64,000 bases of DNA from Rhodospirillaceae bacterium (GTDB lineage Bacteria > Pseudomonadota > Alphaproteobacteria > GCA-2746255), in contig NVWO01000004.1 in NCBI GenBank assembly GCA_002746255.1, positions 76,774 through 140,773 of the forward strand. Direction: 5' to 3'. Position 1 is the stretch's first letter. Every line of letters starts with the position of its first letter. The notes beneath the pieces are model-generated. The model was not told where the DNA came from and made no database searches. It saw only the letters and a list, made by a program, of their open reading frames with translations. Both the position numbers and the translations under genes were made by a program. This document shows, one piece after another, positions 43,173-53,450 of this stretch.

Positions 43173-44033
43173 ATGTCCCATATTGCCTACGTCAATGGCC
43201 AATATGTTCCCCATCGCCTGGCTCGCGTCCATATTGAAGACCGTGGCTACCAATTTGCCGACGGCGTCTATGAGGTCATGGCCGTGATCGACGGACAGCC
43301 GATGGATGAGGAACTGCATCTTGATCGGCTGGAAGTTTCCCTGGATGCGCTTTCCATGGAAAATGCCATGACGCGGCGCGTCCTTAAGATCATCCTTCGC
43401 GAGATTATCCGACGCAACCGGATACGAGACGGCATTCTATATCTTCAAATGACGCGTGGGGTTGCCCGTCGGGACCATGCGTTTCCGGCGCGACGGCGAA
43501 CCGCGCTGGTCGTAACGGCGCGGCCCGCAACCCTGCCGCCACAGGAAGCCCTTCGCGCCGGCGTTCACGTCATCACGCTTACCGATACCCGCTGGAAACG
43601 CTGCGATATTAAATCGATTTCATTGCTGCCCAACGTGCTTGCAAAGCAACAGGCCCGGGAAGCGGACGCTTATGAGGCATGGTTTCTGGACGCAGACAAT
43701 TTCCTTACCGAGGGAAGTTCTACCAATGCATGGATTGTGACGAAGGCGGGGGTTCTGGTCACGCGGCCCGCCAATTGCGCAATTTTAAGCGGTATTACGC
43801 GCCTTGGCGTCCTGAAGGTTGCGGCAGAAGAGGGCATCACTGTAGAGGAACGCCCCTTTCACCTGGACGAAGCCAGGGCCGCAGCAGAAGCCTTTTTGAC
43901 CAGTACGACCGCCTTCTTGCTACCGGTTCTAAAAATTGATGATAAAGTCATCGGGAATGGCCAGCCAGGAAAGCTAACGACGCGGCTCCTTCATCGCTAC
44001 CTGGAAAAAATAAAAACAAAGAAAAAACGGTAG
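43173..44033 (+). CDS. aminotransferase class IV (D-amino-acid transaminase-like)
   Basis: 286 aa PLP fold type IV. Motifs EGSSTNAWIV and GITR. Confidence 0.8.
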   Translation: MSHIAYVNGQYVPHRLARVHIEDRGYQFADGVYEVMAVIDGQPMDEELHLDRLEVSLDALSMENAMTRRVLKIILREIIRRNRIRDGILYLQMTRGVARRDHAFPARRRTALVVTARPATLPPQEALRAGVHVITLTDTRWKRCDIKSISLLPNVLAKQQAREADAYEAWFLDADNFLTEGSSTNAWIVTKAGVLVTRPANCAILSGITRLGVLKVAAEEGITVEERPFHLDEARAAAEAFLTSTTAFLLPVLKIDDKVIGNGQPGKLTTRLLHRYLEKIKTKKKR

Positions 44034-44047
44034 GATCGGACGTCTCC

Positions 44048-44719
44048 ATGAAGAAAATGCCACCCTTTCCACGGGCAATCCTGTTTGATTGGGATAACAC
44101 ACTGGTCGATAGCTGGGAGGGAATGCAGCGGGCGATGAACGCCACGCTTATCGCCATGGGGCACGAACCCTGGACGATGGAGCAGGCCCAGCAACGGATG
44201 AACCGATCGCTTCGCAATGCCTTTCCGGAGCTTTTTGGCGAGCGTTGGCACGAGGCGCATGACATTTTTTATGAAGCCTTTACGGAAGGGCATCTCGAAA
44301 CTTTGAAACCCTTGCCAGGCACCGAGAAAATGCTTGAAACACTCCATGAGATGGGCATTTTTATGGGCATTGCCAGCAGCAAAGTGGGGCCGATGCTACG
44401 CAAGGAAATTGCCCATTTCGGCTGGGAAAAATACCTGCCGGGCGTTGTTGGGGCAGGGGAGGCGGAAAAGGACAAGCCGGCGAAAGAGGCCGCTTTGTTT
44501 GCCATCCATGGCACAAACATCAAGCTGGGAGAGGCACTTTGGGTGGTCGGCGACCTTCCGATTGACGTTGAATTCGCACGAAATGCAGGCACCACCGCAA
44601 TTGTCATGAACAGCTCCCTTCCTGATATAAAAGACTTTGGGGACCTTGCACCCGATTGGGTCGTGGACCATTGCAAAGACCTTCCGCCTTTCGTCAGGGC
44701 TTGTGCCGACGATGCGTAG
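44048..44719 (+). CDS. HAD family hydrolase (phosphoglycolate phosphatase-like)
   Basis: 223 aa. Motif I DxD-type (ILFDWDNTLVD) and a C-terminal GDLPIDVEFARNAG. Confidence 0.75.
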   Translation: MKKMPPFPRAILFDWDNTLVDSWEGMQRAMNATLIAMGHEPWTMEQAQQRMNRSLRNAFPELFGERWHEAHDIFYEAFTEGHLETLKPLPGTEKMLETLHEMGIFMGIASSKVGPMLRKEIAHFGWEKYLPGVVGAGEAEKDKPAKEAALFAIHGTNIKLGEALWVVGDLPIDVEFARNAGTTAIVMNSSLPDIKDFGDLAPDWVVDHCKDLPPFVRACADDA

Positions 44720-44782
44720 GAGTGGCTTAACCACAAGCAGAAGAACGATAAGAAAAACAGGGAAGAAAAATGGGGGCGCATA

Positions 44783-45043
44783 ATGACGACAGAAAAATCA
44801 CAAAATGTTCAGGACGTCTTCCTAAACAACATTCGGAAAAACAAAATTCAGGTGACCGTATTTCTGGTTAATGGCGTAAAGCTTCAGGGCGTCGTTACCT
44901 GGTTCGACAATTTTTGCGTGTTGCTTCGTCGAAACAACCACATACAGCTGATCTACAAACACGCTATTTCAACAATTATGCCGGCAGGCCCAATCCAGCT
45001 GTTTGAAGAGGACAAGGAAAACGCTGAAGTCGAAGAAGTCTAA
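44783..45043 (+). CDS. hfq: RNA chaperone Hfq
   Basis: 86 aa. Sm1/Sm2 motifs ([39 protein letters not shown]...YKHAIST) and an acidic C-terminal tail. Confidence 0.92.
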   Translation: MTTEKSQNVQDVFLNNIRKNKIQVTVFLVNGVKLQGVVTWFDNFCVLLRRNNHIQLIYKHAISTIMPAGPIQLFEEDKENAEVEEV

Positions 45044-46355
45044 GCTACCGTCAGAAGACCTTTCCGAAGGCGGCAAGGCCAGCGCGCGCGCCTGCGTTCT
45101 TTCTCCTTTCTTGAAGGGAAGCGGTCATGAACCGCTCCGCCATGCGGAGGCGCGGCTTAGGGAAGCTGTGAATTTGACGGAGGCAATCGGGCTAAAGGTC
45201 GTCTGTGAAGAAACGGTTTCTCTGGCACGTATCGTGCCCGCAACGCTTTTCGGCAAGGGCACGGTTGAACGTTTTCACGACCAAATAACGGCCGATGACA
45301 TCGAATTGGTCGTCATTGATCATCCCGTTACGCCGGTTCAGCAGCGCAACCTGGAACGTGCCTGGGCGTGCAAGGTGATCGACCGCACGGGCCTTATTCT
45401 GGAAATCTTCGGCGCGCGTGCGCGGACCAGCGAAGGGCGCCTTCAGGTGGAACTTGCCCATCTTTCCTACCAACGCAGCCGCCTGGTGCGTTCCTGGACC
45501 CATTTAGAGCGCCAACGCGGCGGTTACGGCTTTCTGGGTGGGCCGGGGGAAACCCAGATCGAGACAGACCGCCGCCTTCTGGACAAGCGCATTACGCGAT
45601 TAAAACGCGATTTGAGTCAGGTCATGCGTACGCGTAAATTACACCGCCAGGCTCGAAAACGCGTGCCTTGTCCGGTTGTCGCCTTGGTCGGTTATACGAA
45701 TGCCGGCAAATCGACTCTGTTTAACCGGCTTACCGGCGCGGATGTTTTTGCCGAAGACCTGCTTTTTGCCACCCTGGACCCATTGATGCGCGGCCTGGTG
45801 CTGCCTTCCGGTCGCCACATTATTCTTTCGGATACGGTTGGTTTCATCTCGGACCTGCCGACGGATCTCGTCGCCGCCTTTCGTGCAACCCTGGAGGAAG
45901 TACGCGAGGCAGATCTTATCCTCCACGTTCGCGATATTGCCCATCCCGAAAGTTCGGACCAATGCCGCGATGTTCATAAGGTGCTACATGACCTTGAAAT
46001 CGGCGACCGGATCGAGAACGACGTGATTGAGGCCCTGAACAAGGCGGACCTTCTAACGCCTGAGCAGGACGAAAAATTACAAAACCAGGTCGCGCGCAAT
46101 CCCAACCAGGTGCTGTTATCGGCGGCAAGCGGAGAGGGGATTGACGAGCTTCTACCCCTTCTCGACGCACGCCTTGCGGCCAGCTTCACGGTGGTTGAAA
46201 TTGCCGTCCCCATTTCCGATGGCGCAACAATCGCCTGGCTTTATCGTCATGGCGAGGTCCTGGCACGCCAGGACGATGAGGCTTATGCGCATTTTCGTGT
46301 GCAGCTCGACCCAAAGGATGCGGCCCGCTTCGAAAACCGAATGGCCGACGCGTAA
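45003..46355 (+). CDS. hflX: GTPase HflX
   Basis: HflX N-domain ([24 protein letters not shown]...[11 protein letters not shown]) and a G domain ([18 protein letters not shown]). The annotated ATG overlaps the hfq 3' end by 41 nt; the true start may be a downstream non-ATG codon. Confidence 0.85.
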   Translation: MKRTRKTLKSKKSKLPSEDLSEGGKASARACVLSPFLKGSGHEPLRHAEARLREAVNLTEAIGLKVVCEETVSLARIVPATLFGKGTVERFHDQITADDIELVVIDHPVTPVQQRNLERAWACKVIDRTGLILEIFGARARTSEGRLQVELAHLSYQRSRLVRSWTHLERQRGGYGFLGGPGETQIETDRRLLDKRITRLKRDLSQVMRTRKLHRQARKRVPCPVVALVGYTNAGKSTLFNRLTGADVFAEDLLFATLDPLMRGLVLPSGRHIILSDTVGFISDLPTDLVAAFRATLEEVREADLILHVRDIAHPESSDQCRDVHKVLHDLEIGDRIENDVIEALNKADLLTPEQDEKLQNQVARNPNQVLLSAASGEGIDELLPLLDARLAASFTVVEIAVPISDGATIAWLYRHGEVLARQDDEAYAHFRVQLDPKDAARFENRMADA

Positions 46356-46356
46356 G

Positions 46357-47178
46357 CTAAACGCTTTTTTCTTCTTTTTTCACGCGTTCCCAAAGCGTTT
46401 CTAACTGTTCAAGCGGCGTCGCCTCAATCGTTGCACCGGCAGGTAGAAGCGCCTCTATCCCCGCAAAACGCCGTTCGAACTTCGCGTTTGCGGTCCGAAG
46501 GGCAGCTTCGCTATCGATAGCAAAATGCCGGGCAAGGTTTACACAAGTGAAGAAAAGATCGCCGATTTCCTCGGCAAGAGGCGAATTTTTCCGTTCAGCG
46601 ATTGGACCAGGTGGTAATTCCGCCCGAATTTCAGCAATTTCCTCGGCAATTTTATCGAAAACCGGCTCAACCTCATCCCAATCAAAGCCGACGCGGGCAG
46701 CCCGTTTCTGAAGTTTTTCAGCGCGGAGCAGGGCGGGCAGGGCATGCGCGACCCCTTCAAGCACGCCACCCCGCTTGTTTTTCTGGCGCTCACGCGCTTT
46801 TTCAGCCTCCCAGGCTTCGGTCTGGGCTTTCGCACTCGCAACTGCCGCCCCGCCAAAGACATGGGGGTGGCGACGAATCATTTTTTCGGAAACGCCGGCA
46901 ACAACATCGGCAAAGGTGAAATGACCAAGCTCGGCCGCCATCTCCGCGTGATAAACGACCTGAAGCAGGAGGTCGCCCAGTTCGTCCTGAAGCGCCGCCA
47001 TGTCGTTTTTATCGATTGCCTCAGCCACTTCATAGGCTTCTTCAATCGTATAAGGCGCGATGGATTTGAAATCCTGTTCGCGGTCCCAGGGGCAGCCGTC
47101 CTTTGGATCCCGAAGGCGGCGCATGACGTCCAAAAGCCTGGAAATTTCGCCGGGTTTGTCTGTCTGGTTCTTGCTCAT
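46357..47178 (-). CDS. mazG: nucleoside triphosphate pyrophosphohydrolase MazG
   Basis: 273 aa with tandem MazG all-alpha NTP-PPase domains (EEAYEVAEAI and EELGDLLLQVV). Confidence 0.88.
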   Translation of the reverse strand: MSKNQTDKPGEISRLLDVMRRLRDPKDGCPWDREQDFKSIAPYTIEEAYEVAEAIDKNDMAALQDELGDLLLQVVYHAEMAAELGHFTFADVVAGVSEKMIRRHPHVFGGAAVASAKAQTEAWEAEKARERQKNKRGGVLEGVAHALPALLRAEKLQKRAARVGFDWDEVEPVFDKIAEEIAEIRAELPPGPIAERKNSPLAEEIGDLFFTCVNLARHFAIDSEAALRTANAKFERRFAGIEALLPAGATIEATPLEQLETLWERVKKEEKSV

Positions 47179-47897
47179 GGCCGGTTACAATCTGCTGCAT
47201 AAACAACGTGGTATGTCATTTTATTGCCACATTTACGCAGGGCGGTGCGCAGCTGGGACGGCGACAGTCGAGCCTCCTGCCGTGAGGCGGTAGCACCGAT
47301 ATGCTTCAGGTTTATCAGGAAATCCACCGGACGATCGTAGTGGGTTTGAAAGATGTCTTCGGCCAGAGGCTCCGGGATCCGTTGGCCTTGCAGCACAGCA
47401 TCCGGCAAACCCAAATCTTTCAAGGTTGATTTCCACTCAATATAGGATTGCGCGCCAAGGGTGGAAAAAAGGATGCATGCTTGGGGGCTGAGCAGGCGCT
47501 TTAAGCGTTCGATGCTGCCCTCAAAATCCTCGAACCACTGGAACGTCATGCTGCTGGCGATCAAATCAAACGGTCCCGTGATATCCGGGGCTTCGCCGTC
47601 CATAAGAGAAAAATGCCGGTTGGGCCCGGCATAGCGGTTCTTGCATATTTGGAGCATCGGCTCCGAAATATCCGTGATAAAGAGTTCCGCCTTTGGATAG
47701 GTCGCGATCAAATGCTCCGTGAAAAACCCAGTGCCACAGCCAATTTCAAGGATATGCGGGAATTCTGGCACGGGTAGGGCGGGCAGAAAGGTGGCCAGCC
47801 GCTTTGCTGCCTGTTTTTGCACCGCGGCGTGATCGTCATAACTCGCCACCGCCTGGCCAAAACGGGCAATAATTTTTTGTTTAAAGGCTGTGTTCAT
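47175..47897 (-). CDS. bioC: malonyl-ACP O-methyltransferase BioC-like class I SAM methyltransferase
   Basis: 240 aa. N-terminus IARFGQAVASYDDHAAVQ and the SAM motif ILEIGCGTG. Overlaps the upstream alpha/beta hydrolase gene by 17 nt. Confidence 0.75.
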   Translation of the reverse strand: MNTAFKQKIIARFGQAVASYDDHAAVQKQAAKRLATFLPALPVPEFPHILEIGCGTGFFTEHLIATYPKAELFITDISEPMLQICKNRYAGPNRHFSLMDGEAPDITGPFDLIASSMTFQWFEDFEGSIERLKRLLSPQACILFSTLGAQSYIEWKSTLKDLGLPDAVLQGQRIPEPLAEDIFQTHYDRPVDFLINLKHIGATASRQEARLSPSQLRTALRKCGNKMTYHVVYAADCNRP

Positions 47898-48501
47898 CCA
47901 GGAACGCTTTTATCTGTCCGACGCACCAGTCCGGATGCGTGATGGGTAGAAAGTGATCTTTGCCGTCCAGCCAGTTGAGGTTGGCATCGTACCAGATCGC
48001 TTCGGTCATTTTTCTTGGAACAATGGGGTCTTTTGTCGCGGCCAGGGCCAGAATCGGGCAATTAAGCGCCCCATGCGCCTTTTCTTCATTCCATTCTGTC
48101 AGCCAGTCCAGCCCGGTTTTCAACCGGTCAACGTTCATTTCGTCTTCGCCAAGGTAAGGCGTCGTGCCCCAAAATTCACACATCATCGGATAGGGGGCGG
48201 TATCAAGGCGTTCTTTCATCGCCTGTAAAATGCCCGTTGGAGCGTATTTGGCAAAATTGTCAAAGCCGCAAATGCTGACAAAGGCTTTCATAGGTGCTGT
48301 CGCGTGCCGCAGCAACCAGAGCGAGCCAACGGAATGCCCGATGGCGATATAATCGCTTTTCGGCAAACAATCGACCGCATCGGCGACGCGATTGCCAAAG
48401 CCAAGATCAAGAACAAGGCATTCCCGGTCCGGGAGCAGATTCACAATTGCGTCCCACACCTTGGCGTCGAACCCCCAGCCATGCACAAAAACCAGCTTCA
48501 T
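47881..48501 (-). CDS. bioH: alpha/beta hydrolase, pimeloyl-ACP methyl ester esterase BioH-like
   Basis: Internal Met MKLVFVHGWGFDAKVWD and the nucleophile elbow GHSVGS. Paired with bioC. The ORF track extends 12 codons upstream to 48537. Confidence 0.65.
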   Translation of the reverse strand: MKLVFVHGWGFDAKVWDAIVNLLPDRECLVLDLGFGNRVADAVDCLPKSDYIAIGHSVGSLWLLRHATAPMKAFVSICGFDNFAKYAPTGILQAMKERLDTAPYPMMCEFWGTTPYLGEDEMNVDRLKTGLDWLTEWNEEKAHGALNCPILALAATKDPIVPRKMTEAIWYDANLNWLDGKDHFLPITHPDWCVGQIKAFLDEHSL

Positions 48502-48575
48502 CGCAGAGCTATATCCATAGAGGGGGCACCTCGGCACAACGATCCAAAGATCGCATAATGGTTATTATGACAAAT

Positions 48576-49349
48576 TCATGATGGGACATCCAAGACCATG
48601 CCATCGTAAGCCGGTTCGACCCCGTCTGGCAGACTTCTCGCCAGGGTTTCGTAGTCCGCGTCCTGGTTCATATGGGTCAGCACCGCGCGTTCGGGTGCCA
48701 CGCGCTTAATCCAGGCCAGCGTTTGCGCCAGATGCGAATGGGTCGGATGGGAGCGGTCCCGCAAGCAATCGACAATCCACAGCCGCACACCGCGCAAGCT
48801 TTCAAATGCCGCTTCTGAAAGGCCCACAACATCCGTTGAATAAGCGATCGGCCCGAAACGAAATCCAAGGCTTGTTCGGCCAAAACCGTGATCTTGCTCA
48901 AATGGTAAAACGTCAATGTTTCCAATGCGAAATGGGCCATTAATGAGATTTGGGGTGAGGCATGGCTTAAAAAATCCGTATTCCTCGGGCATTTTTTCCA
49001 GGACATAGCCAAACCTGGCCTCGATCGCGGCCAGAGTTTCGCGATCCGCATAGATCGGAATCCAGGCCCCCATCCTGCGATTTACTGGGCGCAGATCATC
49101 AATGCCATGGATGTGATCGGCGTGCGTATGGGTGAAAAGCACGCCATCCAGCCGCTCAGTGCCCGCAGCCAGCAATTGGGCACGAAGGTCTGGCGAGGTA
49201 TCGACAAGCAAGGCCGTTTCCCGGTCTTCGACCAGAATTGACGCCCGCAAGCGGCTGTTTTTTGGGTTTTTCGGGTCGCAAGCGCCCCAGTCGTTGCCAA
49301 TCAGTGGCACACCGCCAGAACCGCCACAGCCTAAAATACGGACCCGCAT
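48576..49349 (-). CDS. MBL fold metallo-hydrolase (PhnP-like)
   Basis: 257 aa with the metallo-beta-lactamase HxHxDH motif (THTHADHIHG). Confidence 0.75.
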   Translation of the reverse strand: MRVRILGCGGSGGVPLIGNDWGACDPKNPKNSRLRASILVEDRETALLVDTSPDLRAQLLAAGTERLDGVLFTHTHADHIHGIDDLRPVNRRMGAWIPIYADRETLAAIEARFGYVLEKMPEEYGFFKPCLTPNLINGPFRIGNIDVLPFEQDHGFGRTSLGFRFGPIAYSTDVVGLSEAAFESLRGVRLWIVDCLRDRSHPTHSHLAQTLAWIKRVAPERAVLTHMNQDADYETLARSLPDGVEPAYDGMVLDVPS

Positions 49350-50135
49350 TCAGGCCTCCCTTGAGCGTTTTGCCTTCGTGAAAAGGCGGAAGAAATTTGC
49401 CGTTGTCTGATCCTCAAGGGCCCTTTTCTCCAGCCCGAAAAGGTCGGCGGCCGCTTTTGCCGTCTCAGTCACATAGGCCGGCTCGTTCCGTTTGCCACGG
49501 TAAGGCATGGGGGCCAGATAGGGCGCGTCCGTCTCGACAAGCAGCTTATCAAGCGGGATTTTTCGGGCTGTTTCGCGAAGTGCGTCTGATTTTTTAAAGG
49601 TCAGGATGCCCGAAAGCGAGATGTAGAAACCAAGGCGAACGGCACCTTTCGCCAGTGCGTCCCCCCCGGTAAAGCAATGGATAACACCGGTAAAGGCCCC
49701 CTTCTCCATCTCTTCTTCCAAAATTGCGACCGTGTCGGCCTCGGCATTGCGGCTATGGACGATAAGCGGCAGCCCCGTTGCCCGGGCCGCGCCGATGTGA
49801 GCCCGAAAGGCGCTTTTCTGGCTTTCACGCGGGCTGTGCTCGTAAAAGTAATCGAGTCCGGTTTCGCCGATGCCGACGACTTTTTCATGCTGGGCCAAGG
49901 TGACAAGCTGTTCCGTGCGGGCCCCTTCCTTTTCCGCTTCGTGGGGATGAACGCCAACCGTGCACCAGACATTCCCATGGGCCTCGGCGACGCGAAGCAC
50001 GTCTGGAAAATCCGACAGTTTTGTTGAAATCGTCAGCATATAGCCAACGCCCGCATCCTCGGCGCGCGCCATGACCTCGCCCAAATCATCGTGGTAATCC
50101 GAAAAACTTAAATGGCAGTGGCTATCGACCAGCAT
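49350..50135 (-). CDS. tatD: TatD family deoxyribonuclease/hydrolase
   Basis: Internal Met MLVDSHCHL (TatD signature). The ORF track extends to 50183. Overlaps the metG 3' end by 14 nt. Confidence 0.85.
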   Translation of the reverse strand: MLVDSHCHLSFSDYHDDLGEVMARAEDAGVGYMLTISTKLSDFPDVLRVAEAHGNVWCTVGVHPHEAEKEGARTEQLVTLAQHEKVVGIGETGLDYFYEHSPRESQKSAFRAHIGAARATGLPLIVHSRNAEADTVAILEEEMEKGAFTGVIHCFTGGDALAKGAVRLGFYISLSGILTFKKSDALRETARKIPLDKLLVETDAPYLAPMPYRGKRNEPAYVTETAKAAADLFGLEKRALEDQTTANFFRLFTKAKRSREA

Positions 50136-51669
50136 CCGCGCCCTCCTCCACAAAGCGTGGAAAGATGCCCTCAGGCTTGGCAATCGGCGTGCCCGGTTTC
50201 AGGGCATAATCCGGGGTAAGCTGCGCAAATTGGCGCAAATCCTGTGGAACGGCAATCTGGTCCAGAATTTTCGCACCCGCATCCGGCATGATCGGCTGAA
50301 CAAGAATGCCAAGATGCCGGATCGCTTCCCCAAGCACATAGAGAACCGTCCGCATGCGCGCCGGGTCTTTCTTCTTCAGTTCCCAGGGGGCCTGCGCATC
50401 GACGTAGCGGTTGGCGAGGCCGACGCATTCCCAAAGGGCAATCAGGGCCTTGTGAAAGGCCTGCGCCAGAATTTCCTCGCGAAAAACGGCGAAAACCGCG
50501 TCGGTTTCGGCAAGCAGGGCGGTGTCAGCCTCTGTGAATTCGCCGGGCTCTGGAATGGCACCCTCGCAGTTTTTGTGGATCATCGACAAAACGCGCTGGA
50601 CGAGATTGCCGAAATCATTCGCCAAATCGCCATTTGTCCGATGGACGACGGCCTGGTGAGAAAAATCGCCATCTTTTCCGAAAGGCACCTCGCGGAGCAA
50701 AAAGAAGCGCAGTGGGTCCAGCCCATATTTTGCAATGAGTTCGAAGGGATCAATGCTGTTGCCAAGGGATTTCGATATTTTCTGGCCTTCATTCGTCCAC
50801 CAGCCATGGGCAAAAATGCGTTTTGGCGGCGCGATGCCGGCAGCCATCAGAAAGGCCGGCCAATAAACAGCGTGAAAGCGTAGAATATCTTTACCTACAA
50901 TATGAACATCTGCAGGCCAAAACGTTGAAAACTCTTCACATTCTGTATCCGGGTAGCCGACGCCGGTCATGTAGTTCGTCAGCGCGTCGAGCCACACATA
51001 CATCACGTGATCGTCATGCCCAGGCACTGGAATGCCCCATTTAAAGCTTGTCCGCGAAATGGAAAGATCGCGAAGTCCCGATTCAACGAAACGGATCACC
51101 TCGTTGCGGCGGCTTTCCGGGGCAATAAAGTCCGGATTGGCTTTGTAAAATTCAAGCAGCGGTGCCTGCCAGTCCGAAAGGCGGAAGAAATAGCTCGGCT
51201 CCTCGACCCATTCGACCTCGGCGCCCGTTGGGGCCTTGCCGTCAACCAGCTCTTTTTCCCGGTAAAAGGCCTCGTCACGGACGGAATACCAGCCGGAATA
51301 GCTGTCTAGATAGATCTGCCCCTTTTCCTCAAGCACCTTCCAGAGCGCCTGAACGGCTTTAAAATGGCGCGGCTGCGTTGTGCGAACAAAGTCGTCATTG
51401 CTGAAATTCATCGCCTGCGCGAGTTCGCGGAAATTCTCCGACACCTTGTCAACAAAAGGCTGGGTGGCAATCCCTGCCTTGGCGGCAGATTTTTCGACTT
51501 TTTGCCCATGCTCGTCGGTGCCGGTCAGAAACTTGACGCGCTGTCCGTCGAGACGCAGGAAACGCGCCAGCACATCGCAAGCCAGTGTCGTATAGGCGTG
51601 GCCGATATGGGGGGCATCGTTGACGTAATAGATCGGTGTCGTGACGTAAAAGGACTTGTTGGCGGACAT
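50122..51669 (-). CDS. metG: methionine--tRNA ligase
   Basis: Internal Met MSANKSFYVTTPIYYVNDAPHIGHAYT (HIGH). KISKSLGN (KMSKS). The ORF track extends to 51750. Confidence 0.92.
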   Translation of the reverse strand: MSANKSFYVTTPIYYVNDAPHIGHAYTTLACDVLARFLRLDGQRVKFLTGTDEHGQKVEKSAAKAGIATQPFVDKVSENFRELAQAMNFSNDDFVRTTQPRHFKAVQALWKVLEEKGQIYLDSYSGWYSVRDEAFYREKELVDGKAPTGAEVEWVEEPSYFFRLSDWQAPLLEFYKANPDFIAPESRRNEVIRFVESGLRDLSISRTSFKWGIPVPGHDDHVMYVWLDALTNYMTGVGYPDTECEEFSTFWPADVHIVGKDILRFHAVYWPAFLMAAGIAPPKRIFAHGWWTNEGQKISKSLGNSIDPFELIAKYGLDPLRFFLLREVPFGKDGDFSHQAVVHRTNGDLANDFGNLVQRVLSMIHKNCEGAIPEPGEFTEADTALLAETDAVFAVFREEILAQAFHKALIALWECVGLANRYVDAQAPWELKKKDPARMRTVLYVLGEAIRHLGILVQPIMPDAGAKILDQIAVPQDLRQFAQLTPDYALKPGTPIAKPEGIFPRFVEEGADAGR

Positions 51670-51721
51670 CTTCGCTCCTGACTGCTTCGAAAGCCGGCGC
51701 CAGGGCCTGGGCGCAATTCTC

Positions 51722-52789
51722 TTAAACCGCCGCCGGCTGTCGCACGGCACCCTCCAACGTGTGAAAGACGTTCAACAGAACCTGCTTGCGATCCAGATGG
51801 CTGTATTTTGCCTCGACCGAGAGACGGTTGATTTTTTCCCACACCTCCACCCATTCCGCAAGGTTCGCGCCATCCGGGATTTCCGGCATGTGCGAGCCAA
51901 GGGCACGGCCCTTGATCCGGTTTGCCAGCCATTGGCTTAAAAGATCGCTCACGACAAACCAGCTTTCCCCGGCTCGGGGGCCGCTTAACCGACCGGCAAA
52001 GTCATGCAGCGCCGGAACATCAAGATCAGGCAACGCGTTTAAAAACCCAAGCAACTCCTCGTAGAGGTCAAGCCCCCCTTCTGCGATCAGCCGAAGCGCG
52101 TTGCCAATGCTGCCTTCGGCCAGGCCTATCAAGGCATTGCGTGTGTCTGGCTCCAGATCCGGTTGCTGGCTTTGCAAAAGCCGCCCCATGGTTTCTTCAT
52201 TCAAAGGGCGCAAGGCCAGATGTCGGCACCGGGAACGAATGGTTGGCAAAACGCGGCCCGGATTGTGGCTGACGAGCAGCAAAAGAGCTTTCGAAGGCGG
52301 TTCTTCCAGCAGCTTCAGAATGGCATTGCCTGCGGCCCGGTTCATTTCGTCGGCGCTGTCGATAACAACGACGCGCCAGCCGCCTTCCGCCGCCGTCATG
52401 GAAAGGAATGGGCCGATGCGGCGGCTTTCCTTAACGGAAATTTCCCGCAGATTGCGCTTGCGTCCCTCTTCATTGTCGCTTTCGATCACAAGCAAATCCC
52501 CATGGCTGCCAACGGCGGTCCGCTGAAAGATGGGGGTTTCCGGCGCAAGATAGAGGGGAGACGCCGTCGGGCTTTCCTTGCCGCCAGCCAGCACGAAACG
52601 CGCAAAGCGGTAGGCAAGGGTAGCCTTCCCCACCCCGCGCGGACCGGTCAGCAGCCAGGCATGGGGCAGGCGCCCCGAGCGCCACGCCTCGAAAAGACGC
52701 TGCTCGGCCGCCTCATGACCCAGCAGGTCCGGGTTCGTCCGTGGCAAATCCGGCGGCGGCATGGTTTCGGCGGCGCTCATGGAAAGCAC
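51722..52789 (-). CDS. holB: DNA polymerase III subunit delta prime
   Basis: 355 aa AAA+ clamp-loader fold (HAWLLTGPRGVGKATLA). The exact start among several Met codons is uncertain. Confidence 0.8.
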   Translation of the reverse strand: MLSMSAAETMPPPDLPRTNPDLLGHEAAEQRLFEAWRSGRLPHAWLLTGPRGVGKATLAYRFARFVLAGGKESPTASPLYLAPETPIFQRTAVGSHGDLLVIESDNEEGRKRNLREISVKESRRIGPFLSMTAAEGGWRVVVIDSADEMNRAAGNAILKLLEEPPSKALLLLVSHNPGRVLPTIRSRCRHLALRPLNEETMGRLLQSQQPDLEPDTRNALIGLAEGSIGNALRLIAEGGLDLYEELLGFLNALPDLDVPALHDFAGRLSGPRAGESWFVVSDLLSQWLANRIKGRALGSHMPEIPDGANLAEWVEVWEKINRLSVEAKYSHLDRKQVLLNVFHTLEGAVRQPAAV

Positions 52790-53412
52790 CCCCCCAGCCT
52801 GTTGGCGACAAGGGCCTGGACTTCACCTTGAATGGCTTCAACCGTCATCGTCCCATCGACCACGACGATGCGTTCCGGTGCGCCCTCTGCAATCGCAAGG
52901 AAGCCTTCGCGAAGCCGCGTATGAAAAGCCAAATTCATTTCTTCATAGCGGTTGTTGCCCATGGCGCGCATAGCGGTCCGTTTCAGGCCAATTTCCGCCG
53001 GAAGGTCAAGCAGGATGGTGAGGTCCGGCACGAAATCGCCAGCCACCCTTTGATAAAGCGACTGGATCCACGCCCGGTCAAGGTCCTTGCCATAGCCTTG
53101 ATAGGCAAGGGTTGAGTCGGCAAAACGGTCGGCGAGCACCCATTTTCCGGCTTCAAGCGCGGGCCAAACCGTTGTCACAAGATGGTCGCGACGGGCCGCG
53201 TTGAACAGAAGACATTCTAAAAGCGGGTCCCCGTTGAAGGTGGCTGAAAAAAGCAGTTCGCGAATCCGTTCGGCTGCAGGCGAGCCGCCCGGCTCGCGGG
53301 TTGCAAGTGTCGGTTGACCCGCTTTTTCCAAGGCGTCGGCAAGCAGCTTTATCTGGGTCGTCTTACCGGCCCCTTCCCCACCTTCGAAGGTAATGAATCG
53401 CGCGGCAGCCAC
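52777..53412 (-). CDS. tmk: thymidylate kinase
   Basis: 211 aa. P-loop FITFEGGEGAGKTTQ and the DR(Y/F) motif. Confidence 0.88.
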   Translation of the reverse strand: MAAARFITFEGGEGAGKTTQIKLLADALEKAGQPTLATREPGGSPAAERIRELLFSATFNGDPLLECLLFNAARRDHLVTTVWPALEAGKWVLADRFADSTLAYQGYGKDLDRAWIQSLYQRVAGDFVPDLTILLDLPAEIGLKRTAMRAMGNNRYEEMNLAFHTRLREGFLAIAEGAPERIVVVDGTMTVEAIQGEVQALVANRLGGCFP

Positions 53413-53450
53413 CCTCCATCACTCCAAAAAGCTTTGTGGCGTGCATTGCA

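Noticed and set aside
46357-47178. MazG taken as a MazEF toxin-antitoxin component
   Set aside because: This is the NTP pyrophosphohydrolase MazG (tandem all-alpha NTP-PPase domains), not MazF. No mazE/mazF nearby.
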